From a virus: a stretch of DNA of 64,000 nucleotides. Made by a program: the position numbers and the translations under genes. The DNA lies in IMG/VR virus record IMGVR_UViG_3300046501_000132, positions 106,685 through 170,684 of that record; one strand, 5' to 3'. Positions 8,021 to 17,975 of this stretch are shown piece by piece; the stretch's first letter is position 1; each line of letters begins with the position of its first letter. The notes below the pieces were generated by a model. That model made no database searches. It saw only the letters and a program-made list of their open reading frames with translations, and was not told the DNA's origin.

Positions 8021-10114
8021 TTACCACAACTTCGGCTTATCGTCGTTGCGTGTGGTTAGCGGCTGACTGACGATGGTTGTAGAGTTCTGACGGACGCTGT
8101 TATCCGACACAACTTGCACATTCGACTTTCCGGCCTTAGACGCTTCAACATCATCCTTCAAGTTGTTCACTGCGGCGGTCTTATCGACCACAGCCGCCGC
8201 TTGACTTGCCTGATTCGGCTGAATTGATCCGGTCGGCGCGCTCGCGTATTCCTTCATGGACTTCGCTACACCGCCCATCCCCGGAATATACTTCAATAGA
8301 TCAGCGATTCCGCCCACCACACCTTTGAAGCAGTCGATGATCTTGTCGAACAGAGCCACCGCTTTCTGTTTGAATCCCCCAGCAAGATCAGTATCAAATC
8401 CCAACCATCCCGCTACCGTATCAAACAATCCCAGGATCGAACTCACCACATTAGTGAAGCCTGCGTAGACTCTTTTAGTGTAGTTGTCGTCTTCAACCTT
8501 CTCACCAAAGATGCTAGATGCGTCGTTGAATCCTTCCAAGAAGCTGAAGATACCGCCGATCACAGCAGATACTCCCGCGATCACCGGTAGGAATCGACCA
8601 ACTCCCATCACCAACGAACCTACCTTCCCGAAAGCCCCGACGATTCCGGAGAATAGCGAGCCGATCCCGGAGATAATACCTGAGACTCCAGGGATCATCC
8701 CCAGTAGCCCGCCGAACATGCCCCCTCCGGAGCTATTAGCAGCAGCAGGCGCGTTCGAAGCCCCGTTAGCTGGGGGAGGGGCTACCTTTCCGCTCGGAGC
8801 CGCCTTAGCGGTGCTATTCGAGTGCTGTAGCGTGTTGCGTTGCTTCTTGGCTTTATTCTGAGCAAGAAGTCCCTTAACACCCTTGAAGACTTCCACCCCA
8901 GCCGCTGCTACGGGATTCGCTTCGAAGAACCCGGACTTCAACGTGTCCTTGAACTTATCGGCGTCTCTATTTGACTTGGCTTCCTTCTTTGATTGATCTG
9001 CCAGTTGCTTTCTTAACGCCGCCTTACGGATGATTCCTTCGCCCTTGGCATCGTCTTCGATTTTCTTCAAACGAGCCTTATGTTCGATTCCGAGTTCACG
9101 AATCTTTTGGATCCGATCCTTGTTCCGTTGTAGTTGATCTGCCTTCTGTTGAGCAATATCAGACTTGTGCTTAGTCACCTTCAACTGGTAATCATTACGC
9201 AAATCGGACTTCAGCTGCTTGATCTTCCCTGCAGCAACTGCTCGATCAGTCCTCAGTTGATCCTGATCTTGTTGAACCTTAACCTTATGATCAACCTTGT
9301 CTTGATCCAACTTCTTCCTACGAATATCCGCTTGATCCTTTAATTGGGTCTTCAAATTATCGTAGTGTTGGGCCATTGCAACCGACTGGTCCTTAAGGTC
9401 TTGTTTTTTCTTCTCAAGCGTTACCTTATGATCGGCTTTATCTTGTTGAAGCTTCAGCTTAGCACGCTCAATCGTTTCCTTCTGGGCTTGCACTAGATTC
9501 TCAAGACGTTGCTTCTGCTCCATCTTGAGTTCTTTCAGCTTGCTAGACTTTTCCTCAAACAGCGCCTTGGATTTCAGCTTCGATTCATCCGTAATTTGGC
9601 GTGCCTTGGCTGTGGCCTCGGCAACCAAATTCTTATGAAAGGCGTCCGACTTTTCCTTAGTCATCTTGGCTTCGTTCTTAGCCGAATCCTTGATGAGCTG
9701 TGCTTGGTTCCGAGCGATACTGATCATCATCACAGCGGCATTCTTGGTATCCAAGTTGACACTATCAATCTGTCTCAGTAGTGAGGCACGGCGCGATTCC
9801 GTTACCTTCTGCGTTTGCTCAACGAAGTTACGGAATTCAACCAACGCCTTAGTCGCTTCCCGCTTAAAGGCGGCAGAATCCGACTTCTGGGATTTGGCGA
9901 CCATTCTGATCGTGTCCTTGGCGAAGGCAGTAATGTCCTTGGAAGTCTCAGGCGAGTTCTTGGCGTTCAGGGCTTGAGCCAGCGCACGTAAATCCTTCGC
10001 TTCTTGAGTTGCTGCCGCGTTAGTCTTCGGGGTCGCGGGTTCGCTGCGTGATGATTTCTTAGGCGATTCCTTCTTTGTATTAGACTTGGCGACTTGATTA
10101 GGTTCACGTGCCAT
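8021..10114 (-). CDS. baseplate hub / tail length determinant (T4 gp29-like tape measure)
   Basis: 697 aa, long Lys/Gln coiled coil then Gly-rich hydrophobic helices; position in baseplate operon. Confidence 0.7.
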   Translation of the reverse strand: MAREPNQVAKSNTKKESPKKSSRSEPATPKTNAAATQEAKDLRALAQALNAKNSPETSKDITAFAKDTIRMVAKSQKSDSAAFKREATKALVEFRNFVEQTQKVTESRRASLLRQIDSVNLDTKNAAVMMISIARNQAQLIKDSAKNEAKMTKEKSDAFHKNLVAEATAKARQITDESKLKSKALFEEKSSKLKELKMEQKQRLENLVQAQKETIERAKLKLQQDKADHKVTLEKKKQDLKDQSVAMAQHYDNLKTQLKDQADIRRKKLDQDKVDHKVKVQQDQDQLRTDRAVAAGKIKQLKSDLRNDYQLKVTKHKSDIAQQKADQLQRNKDRIQKIRELGIEHKARLKKIEDDAKGEGIIRKAALRKQLADQSKKEAKSNRDADKFKDTLKSGFFEANPVAAAGVEVFKGVKGLLAQNKAKKQRNTLQHSNSTAKAAPSGKVAPPPANGASNAPAAANSSGGGMFGGLLGMIPGVSGIISGIGSLFSGIVGAFGKVGSLVMGVGRFLPVIAGVSAVIGGIFSFLEGFNDASSIFGEKVEDDNYTKRVYAGFTNVVSSILGLFDTVAGWLGFDTDLAGGFKQKAVALFDKIIDCFKGVVGGIADLLKYIPGMGGVAKSMKEYASAPTGSIQPNQASQAAAVVDKTAAVNNLKDDVEASKAGKSNVQVVSDNSVRQNSTTIVSQPLTTRNDDKPKLW

Positions 10115-10115
10115 A

Positions 10116-11330
10116 TTATGCTCCCATTGTATTCACATCTACGTCGAACGAATCCTTGGTCAATTCGCACACCATAGAGTATGTTGTCTTTGTAATTAGA
10201 TGCTTGATAGACCGAACCAACCACTTTCCTGAAGAGAATTTCTCAGAGTCAACGCCTAGACCCGAGCGGGAAGGAATCTCCATCCAAACGATCTTACCGC
10301 TAGTCAAATTGCTATCACCGGGCAGACTCACTAGGACTCTGAGGTTATCCATCAAAGTCATAGAAGACAAGCGATTAAAGGCAGATAGATGAGACTGATC
10401 AGTGCGGTAAGGAATATACCCATCAATATTACGGATGCTTTTTGCTTCGTCATTCAGCGCATACTTATTCAACTTAATATCTGCTCTACTGAACAAATCA
10501 TCATATGAATTCGTTGTCTTAGTGATCCGCTTGTTAGTCAGGTCCATCGAGAAGAAACCCCCGCCAAAGGCTTCCGCCTCATATTGCGTTAGGCGGTCGT
10601 TCCCTTCCTTATATTCAAAATCATATGCGGTATTGAATAGTCGGTCGCCTGAGTCACCACCTACCATATTGCGACTACCTATGTAGATGTACTTGTCATA
10701 TGCAGTCCGGTAGATTTCCTTCAGACTCTTGAAATGATAGCCATCCGTACTTTCCCAAAAGAACATTGGAGATAGTGTCTTGCTATTTGCACGAGAAGCG
10801 CAAAACTTAATGGCCTGGAATAGACCGCAAGACGGAGTAACATAGTTGACGATTCCAACTGATTCCTCTGCTGATACTTTCTTCTTGGATTTACTCTCAG
10901 CCAGCAACTTCTGAATGATGTCGCTGTAGGTGCCGGTGTAAGCCGCACTCATATCATTGTTCGCCGCCCACCAGACTTCCGGGGTGCAGAGAGACAACTC
11001 ATTGATTTGAATGTTTTCGGTGCTATTGCTTAGACCGCGATCACCTATCTTGTATACAACAAAGTCCAGAGTGCGCGTGTCGGCGTAGATCGGTGTTTTG
11101 AATGTAATGCTCACTTGTTCACCGCCCGTGATCGGAAACGTACCAACCAAGTTAATCTGATCCCGAATCAGTAACTTGGCGGACAACGCACCTTGGAACA
11201 TATCCTCATAGATGATGAATTGTTCCATGATCGGGAAGATATCAAGAATTGTGTTCTTTGAAGGTTTCTTGATTGTGAGCATCTGAACTTCAATCGGTTG
11301 ATTGATGTCGTAGTTATCGGATGCGCTCAT
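10116..11330 (-). CDS. baseplate hub subunit (gp27-like)
   Basis: IYEDMF..LSAKLLIRD, FPITGGE, MFFWES.DGYHFKSL, SGKWLVRSIKH motifs. Confidence 0.75.
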   Translation of the reverse strand: MSASDNYDINQPIEVQMLTIKKPSKNTILDIFPIMEQFIIYEDMFQGALSAKLLIRDQINLVGTFPITGGEQVSITFKTPIYADTRTLDFVVYKIGDRGLSNSTENIQINELSLCTPEVWWAANNDMSAAYTGTYSDIIQKLLAESKSKKKVSAEESVGIVNYVTPSCGLFQAIKFCASRANSKTLSPMFFWESTDGYHFKSLKEIYRTAYDKYIYIGSRNMVGGDSGDRLFNTAYDFEYKEGNDRLTQYEAEAFGGGFFSMDLTNKRITKTTNSYDDLFSRADIKLNKYALNDEAKSIRNIDGYIPYRTDQSHLSAFNRLSSMTLMDNLRVLVSLPGDSNLTSGKIVWMEIPSRSGLGVDSEKFSSGKWLVRSIKHLITKTTYSMVCELTKDSFDVDVNTMGA

Positions 11331-11878
11331 TATGTCTCCGGGTTCATGGCGGTCTCAAACTGAGTCTGGACCGAAGCGATATAGTCAGGATCAATAAGAA
11401 TGATCTTACGTTTCGATTCGTTTAATCCAATCTCAAATTCCTCAATTGAAACGGTTTCCAGTTCAGCTTGATCAATTACATCATCGTCAACGGTCAGGTC
11501 AAGTTCGATTCTCAGAGAAAGAAGATCAGCGATTAGACCGTTAGGATTGATATAGTGATGAACATCGGTTAGATTCTTGCCTGGATACTTCCGTTCAATA
11601 TAGTCATTTAGTTGTGATGGGTTGCGAGGCCACTGATTGTCGAAGTCGTAGATGTTGTTCATCATCAAGATCGTCCACCAGTAGTCTACCGTCCCATACA
11701 AACGGTAGGAGATCATATGTGGAAGCTCACCATCACGGATTTCATAAGGAATCTGGACACGAGCATCCTTCTTCCATTCATCCGTGATATTTGCGTAAGC
11801 TGTAATATCATTGATCAGAGTAGTAGAGCCATCAGGAAACGTATACCAGACGTTTCCCAAGTGTGTGAAGAATGCCAT
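11330..11878 (-). CDS. baseplate wedge subunit (T4 gp53-like)
   Basis: YEIRDGELPHMISYRLYG..DYWWTILMMNNIYD..QWP LysM-like signature. Confidence 0.9.
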   Translation of the reverse strand: MAFFTHLGNVWYTFPDGSTTLINDITAYANITDEWKKDARVQIPYEIRDGELPHMISYRLYGTVDYWWTILMMNNIYDFDNQWPRNPSQLNDYIERKYPGKNLTDVHHYINPNGLIADLLSLRIELDLTVDDDVIDQAELETVSIEEFEIGLNESKRKIILIDPDYIASVQTQFETAMNPET

Positions 11879-11887
11879 TTGTTATCC

Positions 11888-12862
11888 TTAGAATGTAGTT
11901 CCAGTATTGTTGGAGTCAGAACCAACCAAATCTTTGTGTAGAATACTCAATTCGCGGAACGTCAAGCTCAGCTGATATGATTGAGGAGATCCACTAACAG
12001 TCTTGATATAGCTTCCGCCTGGAGTGTAATTTGTCGACATGTTCGTCAGCGCACAAGTGCTAATACGAGGAATGTAGCGATTTGGAGACCCATCCTGCCA
12101 GAATACGATATCAAAGCTAGACGGATACAACAAGTAAGCATTCCCGTTTCCGATGTCGCTGCGGAATTCCGGCAGCATGTGGAAACGTAGCAAACGAAGC
12201 ATATTATCCAAAGTCTCAGCTTCCTTCGCATTACGCGGGGTAAGAGTCCAAGACCAGTTGAATGTACGATTATCCACACTCTTGAATAGCGTCTCAGCAT
12301 ACTGATTTTCAACCGTAGCCGTAGCCAATGATGCAAGTTCCTTAGCTTTCAATGCCCCGCCGGCCAGCTTAGAAGCCATAGAGCCAACTGTGCTCAAGGC
12401 TAAGTATCCAGCCAACTTAGCACCAGAGGCGGCGTTCATCTTACTCAAATCGGAGCCTTGGTCAATGGCCATACCAACTTGACCGAAGTCGGTCTGAGTC
12501 CATTGAGCCGCTTGACTGAAAGATAGACCTGCAGGCAGCGGCAGGGTGATCGACTGATTAGAGCGTTCAAACGTATTAGAGAAAACCTTGACTCCACCGT
12601 TGTCCTTCTGAAGTCCGGTAGAGACTTGATGTACTACAGGCATTTCCCCGTATGCAGAGGTCAATGCGTTCTTAGGAGTAGACAACCCGCCGTTGAAAGT
12701 GATCTGAGCTTTGCTGTTCTTAATCGTGTTGATAAAGAAGGTCATGCAAGATAGGTCTTGACCAGGGTTCAGCAGGTCGGCTGGGAACATCAAGTTGCTT
12801 GACTTAGAATCAAATTCTTGTCCCTTTAGTTTGTCCACCTTAGATTGTGTAGAAGTAGCCAT
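11888..12862 (-). CDS. baseplate tail-tube cap (T4 gp48-like)
   Basis: RTFNWSWTLTPRNAKEA, YPSSFDI, CALTNMSTNYTP, LSLTFRE. Confidence 0.85.
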   Translation of the reverse strand: MATSTQSKVDKLKGQEFDSKSSNLMFPADLLNPGQDLSCMTFFINTIKNSKAQITFNGGLSTPKNALTSAYGEMPVVHQVSTGLQKDNGGVKVFSNTFERSNQSITLPLPAGLSFSQAAQWTQTDFGQVGMAIDQGSDLSKMNAASGAKLAGYLALSTVGSMASKLAGGALKAKELASLATATVENQYAETLFKSVDNRTFNWSWTLTPRNAKEAETLDNMLRLLRFHMLPEFRSDIGNGNAYLLYPSSFDIVFWQDGSPNRYIPRISTCALTNMSTNYTPGGSYIKTVSGSPQSYQLSLTFRELSILHKDLVGSDSNNTGTTF

Positions 12863-12882
12863 ATATGACCCCTGTTAAATTA

Positions 12883-12906
12883 GTAAATAGACATACAATT
12901 ATTTAG
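12883..12906. promoter_or_regulatory. face-to-face pair of late promoters (GTAAATA on +, CTAAATA on -)
   Basis: 12883-12889 on + and 12900-12906 on - between divergent late genes. Confidence 0.6.
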
Positions 12907-12921
12907 TAAAGGACAAGCAAA

Positions 12922-13410
12922 ATGAGTAATAATCGTTGGCTCAAGGGGCGCTATCGTCCCCAGAACCCTAACAAGTATAAGGGTGATATTGATAAGATTG
13001 TTTATCGCTCCAGCTGGGAGAGAACGTTCATGGTTTGGGCAGATACCGATGAAGACATCTTAGCCTGGTCGTCTGAGGAAACTAAGATTCAATACTTCGA
13101 TCCGGTAAAGAAATGCGGTCGCATATATGTTGTAGATTTCAAGATTCTAACCCGCAAGCCGGATGGCGGATACCAAGTCATCCTCATCGAGATCAAGCCT
13201 GAGAAGCAGACGAAGAAGCCGCGCGATAGTCGCAATAAGGCTGAGAAGACGCTGCTGCTGGAACAAGCCACTTATCAGACGAATGTGGCTAAGTGGAGGG
13301 CCGCAATTAAATTCTGTGATGATCGGGGATGGAAATTCAAGATTCTGACTGAAGTGGACCTGTTTGGAGGGATCGACCGAGGCTATAAGCCGCAGAAGCC
13401 TGCTAGATGA
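12922..13410 (+). CDS. head completion nuclease (T4 gp4-like)
   Basis: GRYRPQNPNKYKGD..IVYRSSWE, WSSEE, YVVDF, IEIKP, NVAKW. Confidence 0.92.
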   Translation: MSNNRWLKGRYRPQNPNKYKGDIDKIVYRSSWERTFMVWADTDEDILAWSSEETKIQYFDPVKKCGRIYVVDFKILTRKPDGGYQVILIEIKPEKQTKKPRDSRNKAEKTLLLEQATYQTNVAKWRAAIKFCDDRGWKFKILTEVDLFGGIDRGYKPQKPAR

Positions 13411-13426
13411 GCGTAGGAACGAAAGA

Positions 13427-13457
13427 AAAGGGCAGGAGCTATACGCCCCTGCCCTTT
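13427..13457. terminator. intrinsic terminator
   Basis: AAAGGGCAGG...CCTGCCCTTT between convergent genes. Confidence 0.7.
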
Positions 13458-13493
13458 CGCTAAACATCGCTTATATCACATTTAAACTGGTGA

Positions 13494-14027
13494 TCAGTCA
13501 TTCACTTCTTTCTGAAGGTTCATGTAGAACTCTTGTAGTCCGTCAAGACGGCGGGCGCACTCGTAGTAGGATTGGTAATTACGGGTGATGACGCCGATGG
13601 CTTGACCCGCAGTAACTCCAGATTCACCGGCTTCACCATCAGGTCCGCTGGCGCGTCCGGCAATCGTATCCTGATCGTTGGCTCTGGCTGCAGCGTCGTG
13701 CAGGCGGATAAACTCAGGATCAAGAAACTCACTAGCAACAGGAGTCGTTTCATATTTGATGACCTCTTTCGTGATGGTGTTGTACTTCGTTATGATTCTG
13801 TCCTTGTAGATGACTTGTTGTTCATCTTGTTTATCGGACACTTCTTGTAGTTTATCGTTCTTCTCAACAACCTTTTCATTGGCCTTCAGTTGAGCTTCGA
13901 TATAGATTTGCTTCTGATGATCAACACCTTTGTTGTAGGCGTAGAATCCCACACCAACCAGCGCCGCGCCTGAAATGATAGCGACCAAAAGCCACTTTTG
14001 AATAAATGCTATAATACTTGCGATCAT
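13494..14027 (-). CDS. i-spanin (Rz-like)
   Basis: N-terminal transmembrane helix, periplasmic coiled coil, C-terminal Cys. Confidence 0.8.
   Translation of the reverse strand: MIASIIAFIQKWLLVAIISGAALVGVGFYAYNKGVDHQKQIYIEAQLKANEKVVEKNDKLQEVSDKQDEQQVIYKDRIITKYNTITKEVIKYETTPVASEFLDPEFIRLHDAAARANDQDTIAGRASGPDGEAGESGVTAGQAIGVITRNYQSYYECARRLDGLQEFYMNLQKEVND
13520..13753 (-). CDS. o-spanin lipoprotein (Rz1-like), fully embedded in Rz
   Basis: MKR + hydrophobic core + LSAC lipobox, Pro-rich mature part, GAGG upstream, alternate frame inside i-spanin. Confidence 0.8.
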   Translation of the reverse strand: MKRLLLLVSFLILSLSACTTLQPEPTIRIRLPDAPADLMVKPVNLELLRVKPSASSPVITNPTTSAPAVLTDYKSST

Positions 14028-14029
14028 GA

Positions 14030-15052
14030 TTATCTCTGTGGGTAATTCTTGAAGTTGTTTATCTCGCCTTTTAGGCTTCCTAGTTGTGACTTAGTATCAT
14101 TGACGACTGCAACAACTTCCTTCTTGACATCATTGGGGATGTTCTTGATGGCCTTAACATCCTTCACTACTCCCTGAAGAACCTTGACGCCGTCTAGGGC
14201 TTGCATCTTCGCATCACGGACTTGTTCCCGAACGTCACGAGCGACGGCCAGAACTCCATCCAGTTGACCCTTGAATTCCTTAACAGTATTTACTGTCTCT
14301 TTTACAGCGTCACTAAACGAATCTAGCCCTGGAATCGGCAATAGACGATTCTTACCAGAACCAACTCCAGGAATCGCAACAGGCGGAATGCCGTTACCAG
14401 CGAGTTTGCCTAGGGAACCCGAATCTGGTTCAGCGCCATAGGTGACTTTGTGAAAGGCCCAGTTGACGTCAATAACCATTTGTTGATTCTGAGCGGTGCG
14501 ATCTAGACGAATTGCTCCAACAGCAGACGGCCAAGCTTCAGTCAAGGTGAACTGATATACTGTCTTGTCTTGACTATCAAGACATTCTACAATGATACTG
14601 GAAATGTAATCATCATAGAAGTTGACCGCATGTTGGGATTCATCAACGATGAGGTTGTGCCATTGATCAAATAACGTCTTTTCTGCATAGTTGCCTGTAA
14701 CTAGAAACGTTGTATTAACGTCACTATATTGACGACCGTTGGCAATCTTACGTGTATAGTTGCCGTATGAGATTTCAGTATTCGTTTCTTGAACCGCAGG
14801 AATATCGACCATCAGACACGTTAAGGAAATCGTCTTAGAGACATCAGTGGTGCTGTTGATCGCAGAGGCGATGTCTTCCGCAGACGCAAACTGCGATGAG
14901 ATAGCATTGGTCTGATCGGTATTGTTCGCCCGATTTGAAGCCTTTGCTCCTAATCCAGCAGGTAGGTTGAATGTAATCTTGAATCGGTTAACGCGGGCAA
15001 TGTTCTGCTTCTTAACAAGAGCCAGAAAATCCCCAAGAGCAGTCTTAGCCAT
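14030..15052 (-). CDS. baseplate tail-tube initiator (T4 gp54-like)
   Basis: IARVNRFKI, LFDQWHNLI, NFYDDY, LTEAWPSAVG motifs. Confidence 0.8.
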   Translation of the reverse strand: MAKTALGDFLALVKKQNIARVNRFKITFNLPAGLGAKASNRANNTDQTNAISSQFASAEDIASAINSTTDVSKTISLTCLMVDIPAVQETNTEISYGNYTRKIANGRQYSDVNTTFLVTGNYAEKTLFDQWHNLIVDESQHAVNFYDDYISSIIVECLDSQDKTVYQFTLTEAWPSAVGAIRLDRTAQNQQMVIDVNWAFHKVTYGAEPDSGSLGKLAGNGIPPVAIPGVGSGKNRLLPIPGLDSFSDAVKETVNTVKEFKGQLDGVLAVARDVREQVRDAKMQALDGVKVLQGVVKDVKAIKNIPNDVKKEVVAVVNDTKSQLGSLKGEINNFKNYPQR

Positions 15053-15064
15053 GTTCTCTCCGAG

Positions 15065-15095
15065 TTAAATAGTTGTGAGTGTACTTAATATTTAG
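15065..15095. promoter_or_regulatory. face-to-face pair of late promoters (TTAAATA on +, CTAAATA on -)
   Basis: 15065-15071 on + and 15089-15095 on -. Confidence 0.6.
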
Positions 15096-15105
15096 GGATC
15101 AGACT

Positions 15106-15804
15106 ATGGCAGCTATTGACGTCGATGAAGACGACTTCATGAGACCGGAGATCATCCAGTCCTATATCGACAAGTTTCAGAAGGCGACTAGCAGCGGCGC
15201 GACTATGGAACGGCACAGCCGTGAGAGCCTAGACTGGTTTCGCAAGCGGGTGGGTAAGGACTTGAAGTACAACCGTAGGCGTCTGATCAAGGACAACGGT
15301 GACTACAAGATTCGGAAAGGTCGTGAGAACAAGACCCTAGTGGGAAGACTATATTACTTTGAATATGATGCTAAGGAAGCGGGGGACCGTGAACTAGGCG
15401 TCTATGACCGATTCCCAATGGTATTTGTGTTTAACACTTCGATCTCCAATGATGGAGCGAAGCTGATCCACGCTATCAATATGCACTATCTGGTTCCGCG
15501 CGAACGGATGCTTGTATATCTGAAGCTAATGAAGCTACGAAACAAGAAGGGTTGGACTCATGCAACGAAACTCAGGGCCAGCTGGGCCCTGTTGAAGTCG
15601 GTCGCAGAACACAATCTATTGAAGCGTGCAGTTCATACTTACCGCGTTGATCGTGTGGTCGGTTCCAGAATGGTAGAGATTCACGCAGCAGATTGGGAAA
15701 TCGCTACATTCCTACGATTGGAAGACTGGCGCAAGCCCGACTCTACGGCAGCTAACCAAAAGAGCGTTCGTAGGTCACATCTGGCTAAGTCGAAAGGTAA
15801 ATAA
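15106..15804 (+). CDS. DNA end protector protein (T4 gp2-like)
   Basis: SLDWFR, GRLYYFEYDAK, YDRFPMV, INMHYL..RER motifs. Confidence 0.88.
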   Translation: MAAIDVDEDDFMRPEIIQSYIDKFQKATSSGATMERHSRESLDWFRKRVGKDLKYNRRRLIKDNGDYKIRKGRENKTLVGRLYYFEYDAKEAGDRELGVYDRFPMVFVFNTSISNDGAKLIHAINMHYLVPRERMLVYLKLMKLRNKKGWTHATKLRASWALLKSVAEHNLLKRAVHTYRVDRVVGSRMVEIHAADWEIATFLRLEDWRKPDSTAANQKSVRRSHLAKSKGK

Positions 15805-15806
15805 AC

Positions 15807-15839
15807 AAAAGCCCCTCAGAGAAATCTGAGGGGCTTTTT
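15807..15839. terminator. bidirectional terminator
   Basis: AAAAGCCCCTCAGA-GAAA-TCTGAGGGGCTTTT. Confidence 0.85.
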
Positions 15840-16280
15840 CATTGGTACATCGGCTCAACGTGGATCATCCGGACTTCCACATCTTTGTGTCTCAACATAA
15901 TGGCCCGGAAGTACACAGTATAATCCACGGTTTTCCAGTCGTGAGTCGGACCCCACTTTACTTGATATATCACGTGCATGTTTCCTCACACAGCAATCGG
16001 ATAGGGACATACTTCTTGCAGTTCTTCAACCCAGCGCAAATAGTCGGCTTGTTGCATATCACATCCTCAAATGTTCGATGGGTCGGGAACCGTAGGACTG
16101 CGCCAGGAGAACCAGCTTGTACGCTAGCAATGCTTCTTGTACATCCCCAACATACATCCCACTCTCTTGAGCCGTATACAGCAACTCGTTGAGATGTGTA
16201 GGTTCGGCTACTTCAATCTTTTTCAGTTCCTCACGGAGACGATCACCGGGTTGTATATCATCTTCGCGCGCCCAGATACT

Positions 16281-16883
16281 TCACTTTTTGTTCTTGATCC
16301 AATTTTCCATCCTTTCAAAAACCTTAGCAGGAGCACCCATCGCCTCCAGAATATCCTCAGCCGACATATTAGCTATTGGCTTGAGACCTTCAGCCAACAG
16401 TGCATTGTAGGCACGCGGGCGAATCCGTTGGAGCAGGTCCGGATTGGTCACAAACAGACGGAAGATTTCAGCAAACCATTCCATCGTGTTCGGAGCATAG
16501 GACGTGATCGGCTTCTCACCAGAGATCGCCCGGATACGGTCTGAGAAGAAGGAACCAGCGCGGGTTCGGTAGACGTTCACGCCAGACTTGACTTCATCGA
16601 CGTGGTGACCGAGTTCATGTTGGATGACGCCAAGCGGCGTCCGATCAGATATGAACGTTGGCCAGCTATACGAAGGATTGGGATGAGCGCAGAGCGGGAC
16701 CGCAACCGTGATCTTGTTCGAGCGGTAATAGCCACAGGTACCAATGCGCTGGATGAGAGCGCACTCTTTATCGGTCTTATCGTAGATGATATTGAGGACC
16801 GGCTGGGGAATCTCGTTGACATCGCAAAACTTCTGGCAGATCAAGATTCCCAGCTTGGTCTGCCCGATTCGTTCCTGGTTCAT
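16281..16883 (-). CDS. zincin metallopeptidase (lethal-factor-like active site)
   Basis: HELGH plus downstream SYA.N..EWFAE..RLF; own promoter TAGACT-N17-TATAAT at 16911-16939. Confidence 0.7.
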   Translation of the reverse strand: MNQERIGQTKLGILICQKFCDVNEIPQPVLNIIYDKTDKECALIQRIGTCGYYRSNKITVAVPLCAHPNPSYSWPTFISDRTPLGVIQHELGHHVDEVKSGVNVYRTRAGSFFSDRIRAISGEKPITSYAPNTMEWFAEIFRLFVTNPDLLQRIRPRAYNALLAEGLKPIANMSAEDILEAMGAPAKVFERMENWIKNKK

Positions 16884-17126
16884 TTCCGGCTCCGTTTAAT
16901 CCATAACTCTATTATACCTGAGCTATGTGATGAAGTCTAGAACTTTCTTTCGATGGAACCTATGGACAGATAGAAGTCAAACGCCTCATGGATCATAGTC
17001 TGAGTACCGAGCATGATGAATTTGGTGCCCAAGATATTATAGGAAAAAGCCGGGGCTGAGCACCCGGCTCTCAGAACGGTTTGAGGAATATCCTTAACAA
17101 CTCGATACTCCGCAATCTCGTAAGCG

Positions 17127-17420
17127 TTACACAACCACTTCAACATTGGGTTCAAACTCCATAACGGGGAACATCAGAGCAGCAGTCGCATTCGCTTGTT
17201 CGGAGGTACGGGAGGTTTCAACCGTTTCCTGACCGTATAGGTATCGCTTGCGCTTTACCACTTGTAGAGTCACACCATTGGTCGTCTCACGCACCGCACG
17301 ACCGATGGTGACATAAATCCAACCGGACTTCGACACCGAGTAGCCATACAGCTTGCCTTCGATGATCGGATTGCCTATGGCATCCAGCTTCTCAAACTTA
17401 TTCACGGAAGACGTATCCAT
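17127..17420 (-). CDS. hypothetical phage protein
   Basis: member of overlapping minus-strand gene run. Confidence 0.5.
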   Translation of the reverse strand: MDTSSVNKFEKLDAIGNPIIEGKLYGYSVSKSGWIYVTIGRAVRETTNGVTLQVVKRKRYLYGQETVETSRTSEQANATAALMFPVMEFEPNVEVVV

Positions 17421-17676
17421 ATTGATACTTCGTTGCGTTTTCTTCAAGCCAAATCTGAGCAGTGTTCAGCTTCTGGATCAGTTCAGGCAACCAGTAGGTC
17501 GATATGCCACCGCCTGCTTTATCAAACCAACCCCCGTCATCTTCAACGAGGATATGGAAGCAGACGTGTTGATCATCCGTTAGACCCATCCCGCCACGAG
17601 GACGCAGGCCGACTCCCAAACACTTCCCCAGGAACACAACCTTGAAGTCTTTATTTACATCCACAAGCTTGCTCAT
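17398..17676 (-). CDS. hypothetical phage protein
   Basis: GAGG RBS, overlapping run. Confidence 0.55.
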   Translation of the reverse strand: MSKLVDVNKDFKVVFLGKCLGVGLRPRGGMGLTDDQHVCFHILVEDDGGWFDKAGGGISTYWLPELIQKLNTAQIWLEENATKYQYGYVFRE

Positions 17677-17975
17677 CCAAACCTCTTCACTACGTTACCC
17701 GACACCAGGTATGTCTTTCCAAAGAAATTCACAACCGTCTTGCCGGTGATCACACTTTGTAGAATGATCAGGTGGTACTTAATCGTGTTCACGGCACTAC
17801 TACCCTCAAATTTGAACCGGCTTCCTTGATCATGTCGTAGGCGCGGGCAGTAGCACAACTGAAGGCCACCGGGTGTTCTTTACCTTGGTGATGACAACGT
17901 TCGCTCATCCCACACTCTACGAGAAAGGGACATTCCGTTTGTGCCGGAATTTTGCCCGCGACTAGTTGGCTCATG

